Positions 16,552 to 25,213 are shown, counted from the stretch's first letter. The stretch: 46,073 nt of DNA from an uncultured Clostridia bacterium (GCA_937863465.1 CALMFG010000102.1:1-46073); one strand, 5' to 3'. Numbers and translations are program-made. The notes: generated by a model not told the origin, from the letters alone.

Positions 16552-19104
16552 ATGGTTCAAATGATTGTTAACGGAAAAGAAATATCCACCGACAGCCCCA
16601 AAAGCCTGCTGGATTTTTTGCGTGAGGATTTGCGCCTCACCAGCGTCAAGGACGGCTGTTCCAGCGGCGCCTGCGGCACCTGCTCGGTTCTGATTGACGG
16701 CGTCAGCAAACGCGCCTGTTCCCAAAAGGTCCAGAAACTCGACGGCGCCCGTATCTTAACCGTCGAAGGTTTATCGCCGCGCGAAAAACAGGTATATGTC
16801 CACTGCTTCGGCACCGCCGGCGCGGTGCAGTGCGGTTTTTGCATCCCGGGCATGGTCATCAGCGCCAAGGCGCTGCTGGACGTCAACGATAACCCGTCCG
16901 AAGCTGACATCCGCAAGGCGATTAAGGGCAATATCTGCCGCTGTACCGGTTATGTCAAAATCGTCGAAGCGATTGCGCTTTCGGCCAAATTCTTCAGAGA
17001 GAATCTCCCCGTGCCCCAGCCGGTGGATACCGCGCTGCTGGGCGACGAAATCATCCGCCCGGACGCAGAGGCCAAGGTTCTGGGAGAAGCGGTTTATGTG
17101 GACGATATCGAATTGCCCGGCATGGCCTATGCCTCGGCCATCCGCGCCCAATACCCCAGAGCCACTGTCTTGAAAATCGACGCCTCCGAAGCGCTTCGGC
17201 ACCCCGACTGTCTGGCTGTCATCACGGCCAAAGACGTGCCCAACAACAAAACCGGCCACCTCAAAAAAGATTGGGACGTCCTCATCGCCGAAGGCGACAA
17301 CACGCGCTATGTCGGCGACGGCGTGGCTTTGGTGGTCTCTAAAACCAAAGAGAGCCTTTCCGCCATCAAGGCATTGGTCAAAATTGATTATCAGCCGCTG
17401 ACCCCGCTGTCTTCGCCCGAAATGGCGCTGGCCGAAGGCGCGCCCGCCCTGCATGAGGGCGGCAACGTGTTAAGCGTTCAGCACCTAAAGCGCGGCGAGG
17501 ACACCGACACCGTGTTTGCGCGAAGCGCCCATGTGGTCACCCGGCATTACTCCACGCCCTTCACCGACCACGCGTTTATGGAACCCGAATGCGCCATCGC
17601 TGTCCCCGAAGGAGAAACCATCCAGCTTTTCACCGCCAGCCAGAATATCTTTGACGAACGGCGGGAAATTGCGCACATCCTAAACATCGACCCCGAACGC
17701 CTGCACATCGCGGCTCAGACCGTCGGCGGCGGCTTTGGCGGCAAGGAGGATATGAGCGTCCAGCATCACGCGGCGCTCGCCGCCTTTGTCACGGGTAAAC
17801 CCGTTAAGGTCAAATTCTCGCGGCAGGAAAGTATCCTCATCCACCCCAAACGCCACGCCATGGAGATTGACATGACCACGGCCTGCGACGAAAACGGCAT
17901 CATCACGGCCGTCAAAGCCGATATTGTCTCGGACACCGGCGCGTACGCCTCGCTGGGCGGCCCGGTTCTGCAGCGTGCCTGTACCCACGCGGGCGGTCCA
18001 TATAATTACCCCAACGTGGACATCACCGGCACCGCCGTTTACACCAACAATCCGCCGGCCGGCGCTTTTCGCGGTTTCGGCGTCACCCAGTCGGTTTTCG
18101 CCATCGAATCCAACCTGACGCTGCTGGCCGAAATGGCAGGCATCAGCCCGCTGGAGATTCGCTTACGCAACGCCATTCGTCCCGGACAGTCTCTGCCCAA
18201 CGGTCAGATCGCCGACGGCAGCACCGCGCTGTTTGAATGCCTGGAGGCGCTGGTTCCCTATTACGACGAAACCAAGCCCATGGGCATCGCCTGCGCCTTA
18301 AAAAACAGCGGCCTCGGCGTGGGCGTGCCGGACACAGGACGGTGCATCGTCAGCGTGGAGGGCGGAAAAATCCACGTTCGTACCGGCGCCGCGCGCATCG
18401 GTCAGGGGTTGGACGCCGTCATTCTAAAAATGGCCTGCCAAACGCTGAAATTAAAGCCCAGCCAGATCGTCATTGAACAGCCCAACACCCAGCGCACCCC
18501 CAACTCGGGTACCACCACGGCTTCGCGCCAAACCTTGTTCACCGGCGAAGCGGTGCGCGTGGCGTGCGAAAACCTGCTGGCCAAAAAGCAGAGCCGCGAT
18601 TGGGCGGACATGGACGGCGAAGAGGCTTACGGCGAATATACCTGCGTCACCGACCCCATCGACAGCACAAAAGCGCACCCCGTCAGCCATGCGGCGTATG
18701 GCTACGGCGCCCAACTGGTCATCCTGGATAAAGACGATTATGTATCCGAGGTGATTTGTGCTTATGACGTGGGCAGGGTCATCAACCGTACCGGAGCCGA
18801 AGGGCAGGTGGAGGGCGGCGTGGTCATGGGTCTCGGGTATGCCCTCACCGAGGATTATCCGCTAATGGACAGTGTTCCGCAGACGACCTATGCCAAACTG
18901 AGACTGTTCCGCGCCGACCAAACCCCGTCTGTCAAAGTGCTTTTGGTGGAAAACGACGAAAAGCTGGCCATGGCCTACGGCGCCAAAGGCGTGGGCGAAC
19001 TGGCCACCATCCCCACCGCACCGGCGGTCAGTGCGGCCTACTACAAAAGGGACGGTTTGTTTCGGAATAAATTGCCATTGGTAAAAACACCCTATGCAAA
19101 ATAA
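16552..19104 (+). CDS. fused 2x[2Fe-2S] plus molybdopterin-binding hydroxylase with no FAD domain (D. gigas MOP / selenium-dependent Mo hydroxylase-like architecture)
   Basis: The ORF track begins at TTG 16531. ATG 16552 (MVQMIVNGKEI) follows the GGAGAG RBS (850 aa). Motifs: CSSGACGTCSV, CGFCIPG, CRCTGY, then VGGGFGGKED, AGAFRGFGVTQ, RIGQGLD, KGVGELATIP. Confidence 0.9.
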   Translation: MVQMIVNGKEISTDSPKSLLDFLREDLRLTSVKDGCSSGACGTCSVLIDGVSKRACSQKVQKLDGARILTVEGLSPREKQVYVHCFGTAGAVQCGFCIPGMVISAKALLDVNDNPSEADIRKAIKGNICRCTGYVKIVEAIALSAKFFRENLPVPQPVDTALLGDEIIRPDAEAKVLGEAVYVDDIELPGMAYASAIRAQYPRATVLKIDASEALRHPDCLAVITAKDVPNNKTGHLKKDWDVLIAEGDNTRYVGDGVALVVSKTKESLSAIKALVKIDYQPLTPLSSPEMALAEGAPALHEGGNVLSVQHLKRGEDTDTVFARSAHVVTRHYSTPFTDHAFMEPECAIAVPEGETIQLFTASQNIFDERREIAHILNIDPERLHIAAQTVGGGFGGKEDMSVQHHAALAAFVTGKPVKVKFSRQESILIHPKRHAMEIDMTTACDENGIITAVKADIVSDTGAYASLGGPVLQRACTHAGGPYNYPNVDITGTAVYTNNPPAGAFRGFGVTQSVFAIESNLTLLAEMAGISPLEIRLRNAIRPGQSLPNGQIADGSTALFECLEALVPYYDETKPMGIACALKNSGLGVGVPDTGRCIVSVEGGKIHVRTGAARIGQGLDAVILKMACQTLKLKPSQIVIEQPNTQRTPNSGTTTASRQTLFTGEAVRVACENLLAKKQSRDWADMDGEEAYGEYTCVTDPIDSTKAHPVSHAAYGYGAQLVILDKDDYVSEVICAYDVGRVINRTGAEGQVEGGVVMGLGYALTEDYPLMDSVPQTTYAKLRLFRADQTPSVKVLLVENDEKLAMAYGAKGVGELATIPTAPAVSAAYYKRDGLFRNKLPLVKTPYAK

Positions 19105-19184
19105 CAATAAATGCTTATACTGTTTATATCAGTCTTGAGTGTTCATACAAACGAAAAATTCTTTGACCTGGAGGAAATCTCATC

Positions 19185-20345
19185 GTGAAATGCCCCGAAT
19201 GTAAAACAAAGCTGCCCAAAAATGCGGAGTTCTGTCCTAACTGCTCCCATCAGTTGACCGAAGAAGATAAGAAATCGGTGAAGAAAAAGCACAAGGTGCT
19301 TTGGTTCATTCTCGGCCCCATTCTGGCGCTGATTTTAGGCTTTATTCTTTTAGTCTTTATTTTCGGTGTTTTGGTCAGTTCCTATCAGCTGGTTGAAATC
19401 GGCGTTCCCAACGGCGAGGTGGATTATAACGCGCCCGTCCCGCTGAGCATCACGATTGACGCTTCCGGCATGATCCCAACGACTTTTGAAATTCCGGTAT
19501 ACATTGACGGAACGCTGGCTTATACATACGAAATCCCATTCGAAGGCGCCGGCATGGGAGAAGTCGTGCCGATCACATCGGATACATATTTCGTCAGTGA
19601 TGTTACCACTTATCCGGGGCCGCATACAATGACCATAGATGAGGCGACAACTTCCTTCGACGTGCTCACCGCGGCAGATATTGTATTCTCAAGCGATGCA
19701 GACAAATATTACTTCATCACCAATACCGATTTTGATTTAGAATATACCGTAACCAATCAGGGCGAAACAGCCGGTACCCGTGACTACACCATCTCCTTAG
19801 ACGGCAAGCCGCTTGACCAGGGTTCGGTTACAGTCGATGGTAATACCGAAGTGACTCAAAGCGTCACCGTCAGCAGCCCCACCGCAGGCAGCTATGTGCT
19901 GAAAATCAACGATTTGACCTATGAATTGCCTTTCTACGATGTTTCACGTCCCGAAACCGGCAAGCTGATGACCAACACGGTGTCCGGCTACAGCTATATT
20001 GATATTAAGAACAAAACAGGTGTCGATCTGGCCGCCTATCTGGTGGAATCCGATAATGAGACCGTTGCCATCGCGGCGGGATATGTCAGGGCCGGTGACA
20101 ATTACACCATCCAGTCCATCCCGCATGGGGAGTACTATCTGATTTTCCAATATGGATCCGATTTTGTCCCGGCGAGGAATATCTTCTATACCGACATTAA
20201 ATCAATGGCTTATATCATTGATATGCAGGCCAATGTGGTGGGCGGTGCCGGATTTGCGACCAAATATACCATGAAAATGACGCAGGAAGACATCGACGCA
20301 GACACTTTTGATCTGGGCTTTACACCGACGGTTCCCGAACAATAA
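19185..20345 (+). CDS. zinc-ribbon / single-TM anchored surface protein with CARDB-like beta-sandwich region
   Basis: 386 aa with a GTG start; GGAGGA lies 9 nt upstream. It has a cytoplasmic CPECKTKLPKNAEFCPNC zinc ribbon, a Lys-rich linker, a TM helix (VLWFILGPILALILGFILLVFIFGVLV) and a beta-rich ectodomain (LEYTVTNQGETAGTRDYTISLDGKPL). Confidence 0.75.
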   Translation: MKCPECKTKLPKNAEFCPNCSHQLTEEDKKSVKKKHKVLWFILGPILALILGFILLVFIFGVLVSSYQLVEIGVPNGEVDYNAPVPLSITIDASGMIPTTFEIPVYIDGTLAYTYEIPFEGAGMGEVVPITSDTYFVSDVTTYPGPHTMTIDEATTSFDVLTAADIVFSSDADKYYFITNTDFDLEYTVTNQGETAGTRDYTISLDGKPLDQGSVTVDGNTEVTQSVTVSSPTAGSYVLKINDLTYELPFYDVSRPETGKLMTNTVSGYSYIDIKNKTGVDLAAYLVESDNETVAIAAGYVRAGDNYTIQSIPHGEYYLIFQYGSDFVPARNIFYTDIKSMAYIIDMQANVVGGAGFATKYTMKMTQEDIDADTFDLGFTPTVPEQ

Positions 20346-20389
20346 GGCGTTCCTCTGCAAAAAGCAATACCTTTCGTAACAAACGAAAA

Positions 20390-20430
20390 GACCCCGCGGG
20401 CAGCGAAACCTGCTCGGGGGTCTTTGTTTT
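20390..20430. terminator. bidirectional rho-independent terminator between convergent genes
   Basis: GACCCCGCGGGCAG (20390-20403) pairs with CTGCTCGGGGGTC (20410-20422) as a long GC-rich hairpin with a 6-nt loop. TTTGTTTT follows on plus and AAAA precedes it, so there is a U-tract on both strands. Confidence 0.75.
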
Positions 20431-20454
20431 ATTGAATTGTTTTTAATAGCCCTT

Positions 20455-23400
20455 TCAGCCCTTCCGCTGCTTTTGGCTTTTTTCAAAAGTTTTAAGAAAA
20501 GGCTCCACATCCTTTACCGGAAGCGGTTTTGAAAAATAAAAGCCCTGAATCCAGGAGAAGCCCAGCGCCTGCATGGTTTTCAGCTGTTGCTCGGTCTCCA
20601 CGCCTTCCACAATGCTCTGCTTATCCAGCCCCTTGATGATGGAGCCAATCATTTTGATGATTTCTTTGGCGACAAAGCTCTCCTCAAAGTTGGAAACAAA
20701 GAATCGGTCAATTTTAATCATATCAAAGCCCACTTTTTCCAGCATGGCCAATGAGGAATACTCCATGCCGAAATCGTCCAACGCCAGCTTAAATCCGTGT
20801 CCGCGAATCGCCCGGATGTTGGTCCGAACGGTTTCCACGACGTGCAGCAGCGTGGTCTCGGTGATCTCAAAAATCAGGCGATCCGGCTGGATGCCCACTT
20901 CTTCGGCAACCCGTATCAGGTAATCCGAAAAGTCTTCGACGGTCAGCTGTCCCGCGGAAAGATTGATCGAAAGGCTTAAATTTGGATTCTTTCTCTGCCA
21001 TTTTTTCAGCTGCATCAGCGTGGACCGGTAGATGGTTTTGAAGATGCCCGATATATCCCCGCTGGTCTCAGCCACATGGATGAATCCGGTCGGCATCAGC
21101 GTGCCATATATCGGATGCTGCCATCGGATCAGCGCCTCCAGCTGTACTACTTGATTGTGGTCCAAATCCACTACGGGATGGTAGACCATGAAAAATTCTT
21201 CTTTTTTTATCGCCGTGCGTAGATCGTAGAGCAGTTGATGCGACTGGTAATACTCCTTGGTGACGGCGCCGTTATACAGCACAAAACGGTTTTTGCCAAC
21301 CTCCTTGGCCTGCAGCATCGCAATATCCGAGTAATTGATCAGCATGCCCACATCAGTCGTATCGTCGGGGTAGAACACCACCCCCGCGGAGGTGGAAAGG
21401 TCGATATCATATTCATTGGGCATCGCCATGGAACTGCCAAAAAAGTTAATCAGCTTTGAGGTTAAGTCGATGACATCCTGCTTTGAACGAAAGTCCGGTA
21501 TGAAAATGAAAAACTCATCTCCGGCCAGACGGGCGCATTTCCCCATATCGCCAACCCGCGCTTTTAAAGTCTGCGCCACCGATATGAGCAGCATATCGCC
21601 GACCGCGTGCCCGAAAACATCGTTAATCCCTTTAAAATTGTCGATATCCAGCGTAATGGCCGCGGCATTCGTCAGTTTTCCCTCTTCCATCGCCGTTTCC
21701 ATCAGGCTGATGATGCGCTTTCGGTTATAAAGCCCCGTCAGCTCATCATGGTAGGCCATATACCGCAGTTTTTCCTGCAGCTGCTGCTCTTTTTGAACGT
21801 TGATATATACACCCAGCGCGCGCCTGCTTAGGCCCTGTTCATCCCATTCGGTGACATAGCCGCGCGACTGAAACCAGATATATTCTCCGCCCGCTTTCAT
21901 AATACGGAATTTATTCTCAATCAGGACCTTGTGTTTTTTTACTTCGGGCGTTAATTCAGTCTGAATTTTACTCAGATCATCCGGATGAATCCACTGATTA
22001 ATCATGTCAAACCCGTGCTTTTCAATGGGTATCTCGGGCCGGTTCAACAGTTTAAAAAGCATGGGGCTGAATGTAATATGATCCGTACTCATATCCCAGT
22101 CCCATGTGGCAATTCCGGCCACGTCCAAAGTCATGTCAATTTTCCTGGCCAGTTCGTCGTTCTTCTGCTGATGCGCGATGATATCGGTCACATCGCGTCC
22201 CACGCAGACGATATCGCCCGCGGTGTTCAGGCCGCGGCCGTTCCATTCATACCAGCGAACGCCTTCGGACGTAATGACCCGGCTGTTAAATGAGATATCC
22301 GCTCCCAGCTGCTCCCGGATTTCTTTAAACGCTTTTTTAATATCATCACTTTCCGCGTCATAGAACACCTTTTCCAGAGACATGCTTTTCATGTGCTCAA
22401 TCGGGATACCCAGAATCAGCGACGCGTTATCCGCCATATAGGTGATGCGGTTCTGCCCGTTGAGTCGGATAATTAAATCCTTAACGTTCTCGACCAGCAT
22501 CCGAAGATTGACTTCGGATTCGCGAATCATTTTCTGCGCGTTCACCTTCTCGGTGATATCGTTTCCGACGATGAGAAAGCTTTCCAAAACACCGGATGCG
22601 CTAAATAAGCCTTTGACGTGCAGATCAAACCAGGTGTAATTGCTGCCGCTCCCCAACCGGCAGGTCACGGTCACCACCTGCATATTCGTATCAATCTCGG
22701 TCAGTTTGGTAATCAGGATATCCCGGTCGTCTTTGTGGATGAAGCTGAACAGCAGGTTGCTGTCATTTCTAAATTCCACGGCAAGCTTCTGAAACTTCTT
22801 TGTATCATAGAGAATTTCGCCTTTATCATTCACCTGAAGCACAATATCGGCGACATTTTCCATCAGAAACGCCTGTTTCAACTCGACATTTTTCAAATTC
22901 TCCTGAATCTGCATGATGTCGGTGATGTCCGAATGCGTCCCGATGACCACTTTGGGCGTCCCTTTTTTGGTCAACTCAACCGCTTTCCCCATCGACTTGA
23001 TGTAGGCATATTCACCGTTGGCTTTTAGGAGCCGGTAAATATCTTTATATTCGGTTTCTCTGCTGTTTAAAAAGTCATCAAACCGCGCAATGGCTCTGGT
23101 CTTGTCCTCGGGATGCAGCAGTGCTTCCCATTCCACGCGGGCTACAAATTCTCCGCCTTTTGAATGATACCCCAGCGCTTTGTACCATTCGGAAACAATG
23201 CTCTCGGCTTCGTCAGACGCATACCTCCAAAACGCAACCTGCCCATTGCTGGATGCCAGCTCCAGGTATTGACCGTATATGCGTCCGCGTTCACGCTGCG
23301 CTTTTTCAAGCGTCGTTTCCCGTATGGCGCCGTAAACGCCCTCGGGTACGCCGTCTTTCATCTGCCGCACACCCCAGACATGCACATACTTCAATTTCCC

Positions 23401-23706
23401 CGATTTGGTGATGATGCCATGGGTCAAATTGATGATATATGCTTGTCCTTCGCTGACTTGTTTAAATGTGCTCTTGATAAGCTGAACGTCTTCCGACGGG
23501 ATGATGGTCAGTAATCTTGCGATTGTAATGGTGACGCCGGGATCCACCTCATAGATTTTTCGCGCTAATTCGGAAAAAACAATCTCCTGTGTTCCGGCCT
23601 TAATATACCATACGCCAACATCGCCAACGCGGTGAATTTCCACCAGTCGCTGGTAATATTCTTCGATTGTAATTGTATTTTTGGGACTGCCTATGGGGAC
23701 TTCCAT
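20455..23706 (-). CDS. multi-PAS GGDEF-EAL c-di-GMP signalling protein
   Basis: 1083 aa. Several PAS/PAC-like segments come first, then a GGDEF domain (ITLDIDNFKGINDVFGHAVGD...CARLAGDEFFIF, where the signature reads AGDEF). The EAL domain follows (QLEALIRW, LALDDFG, KIDRFF, VEGVETEQQ). Confidence 0.92.
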   Translation of the reverse strand: MEVPIGSPKNTITIEEYYQRLVEIHRVGDVGVWYIKAGTQEIVFSELARKIYEVDPGVTITIARLLTIIPSEDVQLIKSTFKQVSEGQAYIINLTHGIITKSGKLKYVHVWGVRQMKDGVPEGVYGAIRETTLEKAQRERGRIYGQYLELASSNGQVAFWRYASDEAESIVSEWYKALGYHSKGGEFVARVEWEALLHPEDKTRAIARFDDFLNSRETEYKDIYRLLKANGEYAYIKSMGKAVELTKKGTPKVVIGTHSDITDIMQIQENLKNVELKQAFLMENVADIVLQVNDKGEILYDTKKFQKLAVEFRNDSNLLFSFIHKDDRDILITKLTEIDTNMQVVTVTCRLGSGSNYTWFDLHVKGLFSASGVLESFLIVGNDITEKVNAQKMIRESEVNLRMLVENVKDLIIRLNGQNRITYMADNASLILGIPIEHMKSMSLEKVFYDAESDDIKKAFKEIREQLGADISFNSRVITSEGVRWYEWNGRGLNTAGDIVCVGRDVTDIIAHQQKNDELARKIDMTLDVAGIATWDWDMSTDHITFSPMLFKLLNRPEIPIEKHGFDMINQWIHPDDLSKIQTELTPEVKKHKVLIENKFRIMKAGGEYIWFQSRGYVTEWDEQGLSRRALGVYINVQKEQQLQEKLRYMAYHDELTGLYNRKRIISLMETAMEEGKLTNAAAITLDIDNFKGINDVFGHAVGDMLLISVAQTLKARVGDMGKCARLAGDEFFIFIPDFRSKQDVIDLTSKLINFFGSSMAMPNEYDIDLSTSAGVVFYPDDTTDVGMLINYSDIAMLQAKEVGKNRFVLYNGAVTKEYYQSHQLLYDLRTAIKKEEFFMVYHPVVDLDHNQVVQLEALIRWQHPIYGTLMPTGFIHVAETSGDISGIFKTIYRSTLMQLKKWQRKNPNLSLSINLSAGQLTVEDFSDYLIRVAEEVGIQPDRLIFEITETTLLHVVETVRTNIRAIRGHGFKLALDDFGMEYSSLAMLEKVGFDMIKIDRFFVSNFEESFVAKEIIKMIGSIIKGLDKQSIVEGVETEQQLKTMQALGFSWIQGFYFSKPLPVKDVEPFLKTFEKSQKQRKG

Positions 23707-23820
23707 TCGGTCTAAAGACGCCTCTTCTCCTCGAAAGACATTATATGCAAATTATAAACCATTTTCTCAGCTCTTTAAACGCAATTTTTGGCCCGCATGG
23801 AAATATTCACGAAAAACATA

Positions 23821-23849
23821 TTGACATGTGTCTATATATGCTGTATTAT
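23821..23849 (+). promoter_or_regulatory. SigA-type promoter of arsR-arsP
   Basis: TTGACA (23821-23826), 17 nt, TATTAT (23844-23849). It lies inside the 5' part of the ORF-track version of arsR, which argues for a downstream start. Confidence 0.5.
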
Positions 23850-23874
23850 ACATATCGATAATCATCTATGTGAG

Positions 23875-24144
23875 GTGAACGCTTTGGGCGATCCTGTTCG
23901 ATATTTTAAAGCGCTGGCTGATGAAAACCGCATCGAAATCATCAAGCTTCTAAAAACGGGCAATGTGTGCGCCTGCGATCTTTTAGAATCGCTCCAGGTG
24001 ACCCAGCCCACGCTTTCGCACCACATGAAGATACTGGTTGACTCTGGTCTGGTTGTTCCCAAAAAGGACGGCAAGTGGGTACGGTATACCCTGGCGCCGT
24101 GCGCTTGCGAAAACCTGATCCATGAATTAGAAAAAATATTTTAA
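23875..24144 (+). CDS. arsR: ArsR/SmtB family metalloregulator with CxC arsenite-type site
   Basis: The ORF track gives 23788..24144, but its first ~28 codons (MARMEIFTKNILTCVYICCIIHI...) overlap the promoter. A GTG at 23875 or a TTG at 23884 follows GAGG (23872-23875). FKALADENRIEIIKLLKTGNVCACDLLESLQVTQPTLSHHMKILVDSGLV is a canonical ArsR wHTH with the C-A-C-D metal site. Confidence 0.85.
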   Translation: MNALGDPVRYFKALADENRIEIIKLLKTGNVCACDLLESLQVTQPTLSHHMKILVDSGLVVPKKDGKWVRYTLAPCACENLIHELEKIF

Positions 24145-24158
24145 ACCCTGGAGGTCTT

Positions 24159-25157
24159 ATGATCGTTTTAGAATTTATCCGCGATCAGCTGCTGGTCATG
24201 GACTGGCTGAATGTGCTGATTCAAAAACTGCTGTTGGCTTTTGGCTTGGATCCGACAACCCATCTCTTTGAGTCGGTCAACTTTTTCATCTACGATGCCA
24301 TCAAAATCGCAGTGCTTCTGTTTGTGCTGGTGTTTGTCATCTCGTTCATCCAGTCCTTCTTCTCCCCCGAACGCAGCAAAAACACCATCATGAAGTTTTC
24401 GGGGCTTGGCGGTAACTTTATCGGCTCCATTTTGGGTATTTTGACCCCGTTCTGTTCCTGCTCATCCATCCCCATCTTCATCGGCTTTATGTCGGCGGGG
24501 CTGCCTTTGGGCGTCACCTTCTCCTTCCTCATCACCTCGCCCATGGTGGACCTTGCGGCCGTCATGCTGTTGATGGGTGAAATCGGGTCGGTCACCGTCG
24601 CCATCCTGTATGCCGTATTCGGCGTGCTGATCGGTGTTTTCGGCGGCTGGCTGATCGGCAAAATGCATATGGAAGATCAGGTGAAATCGCTGGACGAGCA
24701 CGTTAACCTCTGGAGCGCTGAAGAGCAAACCTTTGGTCAGCGGTGCAAAAACGCCGCCATTCGCAGTCTGGCGATATTAAAGAGCACCTGGTGGGCCATC
24801 CTTCTCGGCGTGGGCATCGGCGCGGCCATCCACGGGTTCCTGCCGGCCGAATGGATCGCCAATTTCGCGCAAAAATCCAAAGGTTTCTCTCCGATTATCG
24901 CGACTATCCTGGGCATCCCGATGTATTCCTCCACCTTCGGAACCATCCCCATCGCGGCTCAGCTGTACCTTAAGGGCATGGACATCGGCACCGTCTTAAG
25001 CTTTATGATGGCGGTTACCGCCTTAAGCGTACCTTCGATGATTATGATTTCCAGAGTCATCAAAAAGAAACTTTTGATTACCTTTATCGCCATCGTCACG
25101 GTGGGCATCATTTTGGCTGGTTATGTGTTTAACCTGCTGGCCCCCTTGATTCTGTAA
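24159..25157 (+). CDS. arsP: ArsP-like permease (PF03773/DUF318 family; putative organoarsenical efflux)
   Basis: 332 aa and about 8 TM helices, with the vicinal-Cys motif TPFCSCSSIP. GGAGG lies 5 nt upstream, and the gene starts 14 nt after arsR. Confidence 0.7.
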   Translation: MIVLEFIRDQLLVMDWLNVLIQKLLLAFGLDPTTHLFESVNFFIYDAIKIAVLLFVLVFVISFIQSFFSPERSKNTIMKFSGLGGNFIGSILGILTPFCSCSSIPIFIGFMSAGLPLGVTFSFLITSPMVDLAAVMLLMGEIGSVTVAILYAVFGVLIGVFGGWLIGKMHMEDQVKSLDEHVNLWSAEEQTFGQRCKNAAIRSLAILKSTWWAILLGVGIGAAIHGFLPAEWIANFAQKSKGFSPIIATILGIPMYSSTFGTIPIAAQLYLKGMDIGTVLSFMMAVTALSVPSMIMISRVIKKKLLITFIAIVTVGIILAGYVFNLLAPLIL

Positions 25158-25179
25158 ATTCTTTTTCTTGGACGTATAA

Positions 25180-25210
25180 AGCTGATCGCCATCGCGGTCA
25201 GCTTTTTTTA
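25180..25210. terminator. bidirectional terminator between arsP and surface-protein paralog A
   Basis: AGCTGATCG (25180-25188) pairs with CGGTCAGCT (25195-25203), 9 bp with one mismatch. TTTTTTT follows on plus and AAA precedes it. Confidence 0.6.
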
Positions 25211-25213
25211 TTT

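Noticed and set aside
16771-17454. 227-aa minus-strand ORF, with similar long antisense ORFs at 30719-31462, 41336-41986, 35400-35915 and 43367-43923
   Set aside because: All lie opposite strongly supported CDS and have no motifs or start context. I treat them as shadow ORFs.
9244-19104. In-frame TGA (selenocysteine) recoding in the selenium-associated hydroxylase cluster
   Set aside because: All genes read as uninterrupted full-length ORFs of the expected size, and there is no split gene pair around a TGA. Any selenium dependence would be through a labile cofactor, which the sequence cannot show.
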